DNA of 46,497 nucleotides from IMG/VR virus record IMGVR_UViG_3300037313_002209, positions 1-46,497 of that record. One strand, written 5' to 3'. Source of the stretch: a virus. Lineage: Duplodnaviria > Caudoviricetes. A model generated the notes under the pieces. It had not been told where the DNA came from and ran no database searches. It saw nothing but the letters and a program-made list of their open reading frames with translations. A program made the translations under genes and the position numbers. Shown here one piece after another: positions 8,758-16,699 of this stretch. The stretch's first letter is position 1, and each line of letters begins with the position of its first letter.

Positions 8758-10467
8758 ATGGAGCATTTTGCGGTGCGTGACAGCGATAGTTTTCTAGCAG
8801 AGCTAGATCGCGGAAGTATGACCGCAAGCTACCTCGAAACGGTCGATCAAGATTGTCTCATTGACAGTTTGCGTGGCGTGTTTTTGAAAGCGACCTTGCC
8901 GTTTATGGTCGCAACACGGTTTAAGTATCGCCGAGTGCAGGACGTTTTGGCGTCTTCAGATAGGATAGCGATTCGAAATATCACAAAATCACCAGCTGAG
9001 CTAATGAAGCTCTTCTTTTTCGACGTTATCAGCCGAAGCCCTGAGCTTGAATTTGGATTCGGAGCCACAGTAACCGACGATTGTTTTCGGTCCGATATTG
9101 ACGAGAAAATGATGGGGCTGTATGATAAAGCCCAAGCTGGTAATTACAGGTGGTGGTGGGACACAGATGGTGGCACCGATGTGTTCAGCCACATGGCAGC
9201 ACTTACATCACGTTATGACAGGAAGCACAAAGGCGGTGTATCCACGCCGTTGCCACTTATCAGTAGTATTTTGGACGAGATCACGCCGCGTCTAAATACT
9301 GTACCAAAAATTGCCGACCTGTGCTGTGGCAGAGGCTCCTTCCTGTATGTTGCTGCAAACCAACTAATTGCAAAAGGTTTTGAGCGTCGAGCAGTGCTGA
9401 GCAATTTATACGCGTATGACATCGATCAGCGTAAAGCGTTTATTACAGCCGCCCTCTTAGATCCGGACGACACAGGTTTGGTAAATGTTTATAGTATCGA
9501 TAGCATGGCTGAAGAGATAGATATGAAGTTTGATGTTATTATTGGCAATCCACCATACAAGGTTCCTGGCAAAGAGGCTACAAAGGGCACTCGTGCGAAC
9601 GCGCTGTGGTCAAAGTTTATCCAGCGCGCAAACCAGTTGGCAAAGCCAGGTGGCTATATAGGCTTTGTCACGCCACCTAACTGGCTTAATACGCCGAAAG
9701 GATTCTTCACCGACAATCAAACATTGTGGGTCAAGACTGATATCGGCGCAAAAGATTTCCCCGGTGTTGGCAGCGCATTCACAGCATGGGTGGTGCAAAA
9801 GGTGCCCTACACCAAGCCGACCTACTTTGTCGATCACGCCAAGCATATCGACATACGCGCTAAACACGGGGTGCCATTGCGCTCCATTGAAGGGCACACG
9901 ATCAAAGACAAAGTAGTAAGATTTAGAGACAACTATCCCGGGAAGCTGATCCGGTTCCAGTCCGACAAACACCATCACTGCGGATGGAAGAACCAAGCAG
10001 ACAAAAACCACCTGTATAGCCCTGAGCCAGGCGCAGGCCGTCCATACAAAATCCACCATACCAACAAGGGCGTGTGTTGGGGTCACTATCGGCCTGATGA
10101 CTATGACGCGCCCAAGGTTGTTATCACACTATCGGGATACCCAAACCCGCAATACGTAGCCACACCAATTGGGACATGTGCCGGCATAAGCGGACATATC
10201 CTGGTAAAAAATGAGAGCGAAGGTAACAATCTTGTCAAACTGATAAACTCGAAGCTGTATACGTTTTACCGTGATTGCGGACGATCCGGTGGTATGAATA
10301 TTTTTAGCAACTTTGCTTTACCAATGCTCGACCTCACGAAGGCGTGGAGTGACGCTGAGCTGTACGATTTGGTAGGATTAACCGACGAGGAGATAGCTAT
10401 TGTCGAACAGTTCGAAGGATTCGCAGCTAAAGGCATTAAGGGCGACGAGGCTAAAGCAGACGAATGA
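8758..10467 (+). CDS. N6-adenine DNA methyltransferase, gamma class (Eco57I/TaqI-like) with C-terminal TRD
   Basis: GGVSTP (X), DLCCGRGSF (I), YAYDID (II), FDVIIGNPPY (IV), LWSKFI, GGYIGFVTP; C-terminal WSDAELY..GLTDEEI. Confidence 0.88.
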   Translation: MEHFAVRDSDSFLAELDRGSMTASYLETVDQDCLIDSLRGVFLKATLPFMVATRFKYRRVQDVLASSDRIAIRNITKSPAELMKLFFFDVISRSPELEFGFGATVTDDCFRSDIDEKMMGLYDKAQAGNYRWWWDTDGGTDVFSHMAALTSRYDRKHKGGVSTPLPLISSILDEITPRLNTVPKIADLCCGRGSFLYVAANQLIAKGFERRAVLSNLYAYDIDQRKAFITAALLDPDDTGLVNVYSIDSMAEEIDMKFDVIIGNPPYKVPGKEATKGTRANALWSKFIQRANQLAKPGGYIGFVTPPNWLNTPKGFFTDNQTLWVKTDIGAKDFPGVGSAFTAWVVQKVPYTKPTYFVDHAKHIDIRAKHGVPLRSIEGHTIKDKVVRFRDNYPGKLIRFQSDKHHHCGWKNQADKNHLYSPEPGAGRPYKIHHTNKGVCWGHYRPDDYDAPKVVITLSGYPNPQYVATPIGTCAGISGHILVKNESEGNNLVKLINSKLYTFYRDCGRSGGMNIFSNFALPMLDLTKAWSDAELYDLVGLTDEEIAIVEQFEGFAAKGIKGDEAKADE

Positions 10468-10840
10468 GGTCTTCACGCCGCCGCACTTGGTGAATAATAT
10501 TCTCGACGAAATTCCGCAAGAATATTGGTCTGATCCAAACAAGCGCTGGCTCGAACCTGCTTGTGGTGATGGTAACTTTCTCGTTGAGGTGCATCGTAGG
10601 CTGATGGTTGGCCTTGAGCAGTGGCAACCTAACGCCGAAGAGCGACACCGCCACATTATTGAAACCATGATTTTCGGTATAGACCTTATGGAAGACAACG
10701 CCCAACAGTGCATAGCACGGTTAAACGCGGCAGGCCTAAAGCACCATATAGTTTGCGCCGACGCGCTAACTTACCACTATCGCTTTGACGAATGGGAGGC
10801 GAAAGAGGATCAACTCCTGTTCGTGTGGACACAACGGTAG
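10400..10840 (+). CDS. Stand-alone SAM-binding half of an N6-MTase (no NPPY)
   Basis: EVFTPPHLV, WLEPACGDGNFL, IFGIDL, CADAL, then ends. TTG start with GAGGAG SD, overlapping the upstream MTase by 68 nt. Confidence 0.8.
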   Translation: MSNSSKDSQLKALRATRLKQTNEVFTPPHLVNNILDEIPQEYWSDPNKRWLEPACGDGNFLVEVHRRLMVGLEQWQPNAEERHRHIIETMIFGIDLMEDNAQQCIARLNAAGLKHHIVCADALTYHYRFDEWEAKEDQLLFVWTQR

Positions 10841-10953
10841 TCGTCAGTGGCACAAGGCTGCGGAAACGGTAGAAAGCTCTCGCTCCTGCCACTTAACGGT
10901 TGAACTCCAGCTAACCTATGTTAGTTTGTTTGCATAGGTAATGGAGTTAATAC

Positions 10954-11490
10954 GTGAGAATCGCCTGTTGGTTATATAGCGCGAATGCTGAGACTTTGTC
11001 CTGCCATGTATCCTTAGCAGGGCGGGATCTTGCAGCATTAGCAAATGTTGATGTTACCAAGCCAAAGATCAGATGGCCTAGGAACCCCTTGTACGTAGAA
11101 TGCATTACGACAGGGGGACCGAACTTTACCCTTCGCCTCGCGTCCAAAGGCGCTGCTCCCGACACATACAAACTTACGCGAGATAGCCACAATACTCCGA
11201 GAGGCACCTTCGCCATACGAGGAGCAAAGCTAGGGCTTGGACCAGACAGCCACAGACGCTCCTATCCGATATCATACGATGTCGTTGCGCCTGGCGTGTT
11301 GTCATGCACGTTTGATCCGACGGTGTTTTCCGTCAGTAACCGGCACCGTAAGCTAGCAGACGGTCACACAGTTCCACCAGCCGTGTCAAGCTCAATCCTT
11401 GATTGCGTTCGTATCCTTAACAGGGCAGTAGACCAAGACGATTTGGTGTTGCAGATTCTGAACGGCAAGTTGGTTGTTACTGTAGCATAG
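10954..11490 (+). CDS. Hypothetical protein
   Basis: 178 aa, GGAG SD, upstream GG-TTGAAC-N16-TAGTTT (10898-10927). Confidence 0.65.
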   Translation: MRIACWLYSANAETLSCHVSLAGRDLAALANVDVTKPKIRWPRNPLYVECITTGGPNFTLRLASKGAAPDTYKLTRDSHNTPRGTFAIRGAKLGLGPDSHRRSYPISYDVVAPGVLSCTFDPTVFSVSNRHRKLADGHTVPPAVSSSILDCVRILNRAVDQDDLVLQILNGKLVVTVA

Positions 11491-11565
11491 GCCGGGGTTC
11501 TTTACCAGAATTTGGTTGAATAATGGTAGCGCCATGCTAGTATTACCACAGCAAGGAGTTTTGCC

Positions 11566-12231
11566 ATGCCCGCACGAAAAAGTACCGCTTCTAAACTGAC
11601 TGATGAACAGGTTGCTAAATTAACCGAGCTGTACAATGCGTCGCCACGCATCTCTTACCAAGAGATTGCGCATCGTTTAAAGGTAACACACGGATCACTC
11701 CGCTACACCATAACTAACCTGCAAAAAGCCGGGGTGTTATTACCGCGGAACGGATTTGGCAGCCTCGATCCGACTGAGCAACAAATCGAAAGATTGAAAG
11801 AGATTTGTAATTTGCGATTGACTGAACAGAAATCCTGGCATGAAATTGGACAGCATTTTGGTTTGACCAGACAAGCAGTCCACGCGTTTGCTTCCAAACA
11901 CCTCCCTGAACTCTTCGATGAACGTAAGCGTGTTAACCCGCCGTGGTACAAAGACCTGGAAAAATTGTATAACAGTGGGATGACACGGCAAGTCGAACTT
12001 CAAAAAATGTTCGGCAAATCTTCGAAGGGTATTAGAGACGCAATCACCACGCTTTTTGAACAAGGCAGGATCAAATATACCCCTCCCCGACATATTCTAG
12101 AGAAGGTGGAAAAGATTCATCGCTTGCGGCAGGAAGGAAAAAAATGGACCCAGGTCGCCGAAGCACTTGGAACCTCATATCCAAGCTTGTATCGACTGTA
12201 TACAAAGCATAAACACAGAATCACTAATTGA
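11566..12231 (+). CDS. Multi-HTH DNA-binding protein
   Basis: About four HTH-like units (ISYQEIAHRLKVT, SWHEIGQHFGLTRQ, RQVELQKMFGKS, WTQVAEALGTS); AAGGAG SD; promoter GG-TTGAAT-N16-TAGTAT (11514-11543). Confidence 0.75.
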   Translation: MPARKSTASKLTDEQVAKLTELYNASPRISYQEIAHRLKVTHGSLRYTITNLQKAGVLLPRNGFGSLDPTEQQIERLKEICNLRLTEQKSWHEIGQHFGLTRQAVHAFASKHLPELFDERKRVNPPWYKDLEKLYNSGMTRQVELQKMFGKSSKGIRDAITTLFEQGRIKYTPPRHILEKVEKIHRLRQEGKKWTQVAEALGTSYPSLYRLYTKHKHRITN

Positions 12232-12644
12232 CTGCTGGACCTTTCGGTTGACCATTATATGTTTACCAGCTTGCACATAAAAATTCTATGACAGTGTGCT
12301 CGAGGTAACAAGCATACAAGTTTTTACCTGCTATTAGATACGTGCTCAGCCAATAGGCTTACCACGCAGAGGACGTAGCTATGGCCCAGGTAGCTTCTTT
12401 CCTAGTGTCCACCTCGCGTCTGTTGCCGAAGTTCACTTTCTAGCGGCTGCCTGCTGCCGTCACCGAACAGCGCAACGCGCGCAACCGACGCAAATTCTAT
12501 GAAGCATGTGCCGTCGGTCTCGGCTGTGATGCTGCCTGCGCCTCCCCGCAGCAGGCTATTAAGTGGCTGTTTACCGAGAAGGGTTGTGATGTTATCGAAG
12601 TGGTGAATGCGTGACCTCAGCCTTTGGCAACGATTTTACGAAAA

Positions 12645-12670
12645 GGATGGCCCCATAATAGGGGCCATCC
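12645..12670. terminator. Hairpin terminator
   Basis: GGATGGCCCC-ATAATA-GGGGCCATCC, with a T-run on the minus strand downstream of 12698..13468. Confidence 0.65.
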
Positions 12671-12697
12671 CTAGTTAAGAGGTTTGTGAGACGAGCG

Positions 12698-13468
12698 CTA
12701 GTCAAATAACGTGCGTTGTATTTCACAGTACCTTTCGCCAGCCAATCGTTTGTATAATACGCCCGCTCTGAGGCAAAAAACCGTGGCGCGTGTCAAGGTC
12801 ACATCGTCGCCGTTGGCACAGCGTTCGCTGAAAATCATAGCAAAGGTACGTTTGTTCATCTTCATTAACAGTGTTCTTAGGTCATTTGAGTAATCCCTTG
12901 TTAACCGTTTGAACGGTGCGATATACCTCTGGAATTCCTCTACTGGCATGCAATCTGGGTAAGATAAAAAGTCGACACTCCTAAGTGTGGTTTCAAGCCG
13001 AGAGAACGTACCATCATCCAGCATTTCTGCTAATTTGCGCGGAATGTACATATGCGGATCAGGTTTAGGCAACGATTCGAGCAGCATTTGTTTTTCATCG
13101 TCAGAAAATCCCTTTCTCTTACCCTTACGCCTTTCGAGTTGATCGATTGCTTCTGCAAGACGGATATTCTCGGCATTAGCATGGATAAGTTGCTCCTGTA
13201 GATGCGCACGATGTCTCTGCGTTTCGGCAAGTGAGCTTTCAAGCTGGGCAATTATTGCAGTCGGGTCGTCGCCACTGCCTCGTTCGGCGTAGCGCGCCGA
13301 TAACCGCCTCCCGGTGTTTAACTCAATTTTGACGTCGGATGGTTTTAAACCATCTTTCTTCAATTTCTCTATGAGAAATCTGAAAGCAGTTTCTGACTCG
13401 TGTGGGTGTTCTGATGCCGTCCGCCAGAAGATGTCATTTATTTGTTTGATATCTATTTTTGTGGCCAT
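12698..13468 (-). CDS. Hypothetical coiled-coil protein
   Basis: 256-aa ORF, AGGTG SD. Confidence 0.65.
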   Translation of the reverse strand: MATKIDIKQINDIFWRTASEHPHESETAFRFLIEKLKKDGLKPSDVKIELNTGRRLSARYAERGSGDDPTAIIAQLESSLAETQRHRAHLQEQLIHANAENIRLAEAIDQLERRKGKRKGFSDDEKQMLLESLPKPDPHMYIPRKLAEMLDDGTFSRLETTLRSVDFLSYPDCMPVEEFQRYIAPFKRLTRDYSNDLRTLLMKMNKRTFAMIFSERCANGDDVTLTRATVFCLRAGVLYKRLAGERYCEIQRTLFD

Positions 13469-13547
13469 GTATCACCTACGCTAATAGTCCGCTATAAAGT
13501 TAGATTGCTACATGGCCACAGTCAATGTAGTTTATTTGCCGCTGTCG

Positions 13548-14180
13548 TTACTCATCTGGGCCATTGAGTCTCTGCAGGAGGTTAGCAGTCTGCGCTGCCT
13601 TATCTTCTAGGTCTAAACGCTTCTGTTCGGTGCTAACGACATGTGGCATATCTTCCTCAGCCGCGTTGATAGCTGCTGCTCGAATTCCTGGAAGAGATTT
13701 CGGAAGTAACACGTTGATTAGGTTTTGGCGTTTCTGAAGTCCTTGCGCCAGCTTTGTGTTGCGCTGTGTCTTGAGGTTAGCCTGATAGCTTGGAGCTTTT
13801 TTGCAGCTTCGCTGCACGTTCTCAACAAAGTAATTGCCGTTGATGTCAACATGTTTCGCAAAAAACTTGCAAATATCTGGAGCGCTTTTGCGAATAAGGT
13901 TATGATCAACTGCAATGTAGCCACCGGCCATTAACTCGCGGGCCTCTGAAGCATTATTAACCCACCAGGAGACTTTGGACATTTCTGCAGTTCCATAGAT
14001 CTTAACCTGGGCGAAAATGTCATATAGCTCGACGCTGCCTCCACTTTGCTTGATGAGGTCGTAATAAAGTTGCGCCTTTTCTGGAGTCACGTAGCCTCCA
14101 GAATAGGGGAACGCCGTTTTGATGACATCAACAACCAGGTTGCCGTGTTGGTCAATGCGCGTACCAATATTATATGGCAT
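13548..14180 (-). CDS. Hypothetical protein
   Basis: 210-aa ORF, AGGAG SD, TTGACT promoter upstream. Confidence 0.65.
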   Translation of the reverse strand: MPYNIGTRIDQHGNLVVDVIKTAFPYSGGYVTPEKAQLYYDLIKQSGGSVELYDIFAQVKIYGTAEMSKVSWWVNNASEARELMAGGYIAVDHNLIRKSAPDICKFFAKHVDINGNYFVENVQRSCKKAPSYQANLKTQRNTKLAQGLQKRQNLINVLLPKSLPGIRAAAINAAEEDMPHVVSTEQKRLDLEDKAAQTANLLQRLNGPDE

Positions 14181-14350
14181 AATTATATCTCCTGAACAGG
14201 TGCGTCCCTGGACGCAGACTGAACATAATATTTGCCCAGGTTGAAGTCAACGCAAACCACACAGGCAGCAGAAAACTGTAAGGCTGCCGGGTGCGCTATG
14301 TGCATGTCGTTAATAACGTTGTGCTTCCAAAACACCATGTGTAGCCAGAA

Positions 14351-14384
14351 AAATGGCCCCTTTCGGGGCCATTTGTTTTTTTTT
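14351..14384. terminator. Bidirectional intrinsic terminator
   Basis: AAATGGCCCC-TTTC-GGGGCCATTT flanked by A and T runs. Confidence 0.75.
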
Positions 14385-15435
14385 AGGATGTTTGTGATAC
14401 GAACAGGTCGTCTTTGTGCGTAGCATTGCCGTTTTGATATTCGATCATAGTGCCACCCTTGCCGTCAGAATGGACATATAGGTCATTAGCACTGTAAGTA
14501 CCATTGAACTTCAATTCTTGGGCAAGGGTCGACCCATCGTAGAAGTCAACGGTAGTAACGTTGCCGGATATAGTCTCAGAGACTGATGTTACATTCTGGT
14601 CTTTGAGGTCAATGGTGTCGTTGCCTGTAAATCCGTATAGAAAGCCGGTCGCTGAAACACCTTTATCCAGTTGGAGCATCGAGTGTGTCAAGAATGTTAC
14701 GGTGTCTGTTGTATTGCCTCCGAGGTCAAGTGTAGCGCCGCTATCAATTTGCATGTTACCGCCACCAGTGGTGGCATCGACGTGAAACGTCCCTGACCTG
14801 GCTTCAATTTTGCCTGCGCTTGTGTTGCCTGTGAGGGTGGCGTTGTTTGATCCAGTAATGGTCCCTGACTGATCGCCAGAATAGCCAACCGCAATGTTAA
14901 CTGTTGCGCCATTAGAGATGTTTACGATGCTTGACGAATCGATGCTTGAGCCGTTAGATCTGTTCGAAATCATATCGAGATATGCGCTGTTTCCATCAAC
15001 GTTGATTGTTCCGTTGTTCACAACCCGCACCAAGAAAGACTTTACAGTGCCATTCACGGTAAGCGTGGAACCACTAACAGTGAGGTAACCTTCGTTATAC
15101 CAGCCAGTGTTCAGTTGGAAAGTGCTGCCCTTATCAATTGTAACATTCGCGCCGTTCGTAAAGTTGATAGAACTTCCAGATATGTAGCCTGTATTGATAG
15201 AAGTTGCATAATAGGTGAAGTTCTTGAATGTGACTCTGTCTCCTGACACGTCAAGCTCTAAGGCTGCGCCCGATCCTGTTACGGTATACCCGGTCTTCGA
15301 TCCAGTGTTAAAAACTGCCGTGTCCACAGAGGTGCCACCAGACGAATAGCCTGGTACGCCTGTCGGGGTCCAATTGGACGCAGTTGAGTAGCTGCCGTTT
15401 ACTGCAGATTTCCAAGAATACGTAGTCATATTCAC
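14383..15435 (-). CDS. Ser/Thr/Gly/Asn-rich beta-solenoid adhesin-like protein
   Basis: W..A.NW.P.GVP start, alternating beta-strand repeats, GF.GNDTIDL and DGKGGT motifs like alphaproteobacterial surface/passenger proteins; no signal peptide. Confidence 0.6.
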   Translation of the reverse strand: MNMTTYSWKSAVNGSYSTASNWTPTGVPGYSSGGTSVDTAVFNTGSKTGYTVTGSGAALELDVSGDRVTFKNFTYYATSINTGYISGSSINFTNGANVTIDKGSTFQLNTGWYNEGYLTVSGSTLTVNGTVKSFLVRVVNNGTINVDGNSAYLDMISNRSNGSSIDSSSIVNISNGATVNIAVGYSGDQSGTITGSNNATLTGNTSAGKIEARSGTFHVDATTGGGNMQIDSGATLDLGGNTTDTVTFLTHSMLQLDKGVSATGFLYGFTGNDTIDLKDQNVTSVSETISGNVTTVDFYDGSTLAQELKFNGTYSANDLYVHSDGKGGTMIEYQNGNATHKDDLFVSQTS

Positions 15436-15601
15436 TTCTCCTAAGCGACTTGTTGCGCGCCTGTTTGTTAGCGCGCAACATCTGTATTGTGCGTTAGGTT
15501 TTGAGGAAGAGCAAGTCGATGAATTCAGGTAAAAAGTAGTTGCAACGTCGCCAGTTTCCTTATAGTTTTCCTGTGCTGTCCAGGAACCATAAGGAGGCAG
15601 G

Positions 15602-16435
15602 ATGGTAGATAACAGTGAAAAGCAAAATTCAGAGACTGGTCATAATGGGAATTTTGAGGGACATAATGAAATTGATCCTGACGAGCGCGATTTTGATATC
15701 CTCCTGGATAGATCAAGGCGTCGTATTACCGAAGTTGCAGCGACCACAGGTGCGGGAATTGTAGACTACATCGACGCGCTGTTTTTTGCAGGCGCAACTA
15801 TACGTTGGACACTGCTGCTTCACAGCGGACTCGAAGAAAAACGCCTAAAAAAGCGCACTAGCCGTGCCGGCAGGGACGAGTCAGCAAAAGCTTGTTTAGA
15901 TCTTGTCCTTGATCCATTGGATGCGAGAACGAGATCGCTGTTGGCTCCACACACTGACGACGTGGCAAAAGCAATCGACTACATAACCGATCCAGAAGTG
16001 GGTATGCGTGGCGTCGATACAGTGCCTACAATCAACGAATTTCGCATATGGGTTCAGGACCATCCATCTGAGGACGAAGTCAAGGCAAACTTGACAGGGA
16101 CTGTTCTTGGCGTAGGCAAACGAATGAGGAGTCGCCTAACTTTCCTGCGGAAGCAAACCAAGCTAGCAAACGCTAACAAGAGAAAGGAGCAGCATGAAAA
16201 AGACATTGCCTTCAAGAAGCTTCAATTCGAGGTCGATGGTTTCAAGAAGGGCCTTAGCCAGGACGAAATTGACAGGCAATGGGAGTTAGAGAAGTCAAAA
16301 TTGTCGGCTGAAAATCAGCTTGTGGCCGAGCAAAAAATAGGCAGGGTATTCAAGGTCAAATCCTTCGACATAGATGATGATGGCCAGCACATCGCAGTAA
16401 TCGCAGTCGAAGATTTAATGAGTTTTGTGAGGTAA
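15602..16435 (+). CDS. Hypothetical protein
   Basis: 277 aa, AAGGAGG SD, terminator directly downstream. Confidence 0.7.
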   Translation: MVDNSEKQNSETGHNGNFEGHNEIDPDERDFDILLDRSRRRITEVAATTGAGIVDYIDALFFAGATIRWTLLLHSGLEEKRLKKRTSRAGRDESAKACLDLVLDPLDARTRSLLAPHTDDVAKAIDYITDPEVGMRGVDTVPTINEFRIWVQDHPSEDEVKANLTGTVLGVGKRMRSRLTFLRKQTKLANANKRKEQHEKDIAFKKLQFEVDGFKKGLSQDEIDRQWELEKSKLSAENQLVAEQKIGRVFKVKSFDIDDDGQHIAVIAVEDLMSFVR

Positions 16436-16440
16436 AGATT

Positions 16441-16469
16441 AGGAATGGCCCGTTTTGGGCCATTCCTTT
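16441..16469 (+). terminator. Intrinsic terminator
   Basis: AGGAATGGCCC-GTTTT-GGGCCATTCCT followed by T residues. Confidence 0.7.
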
Positions 16470-16699
16470 GCTGGTTCGGTTACCTGCTCCTAGACCCGAT
16501 TCCGAATGCCTAGCGCGACAGCCGACGTTTACCCCTCAGCATGCCAATTGCTGCAATGCCTGCACAGCATCACGAATGAGGTTCTCGGTCACTGGCTGCT
16601 TGCGCTTTGCTAGCTTCTCTTGTCGACTGATAAAAGCAACCGAAGTTTACAGCAGTAACCTTTAACTGCAACGGTTTCTAGCAGTTCGCGGCCCGATTT

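Noticed and set aside
6544-10840. Assignment as DISARM, BREX or classical Type I/III RM
   Set aside because: No drmA/B/C, pglZ/brxC or hsdS-like genes. The nuclease precedes the helicase and the MTase is gamma class, unlike Type III Mod/Res.
12246-12275. Another GGTTGAC promoter
   Set aside because: No -10-like hexamer at the 16-17 nt spacing seen in the other copies.
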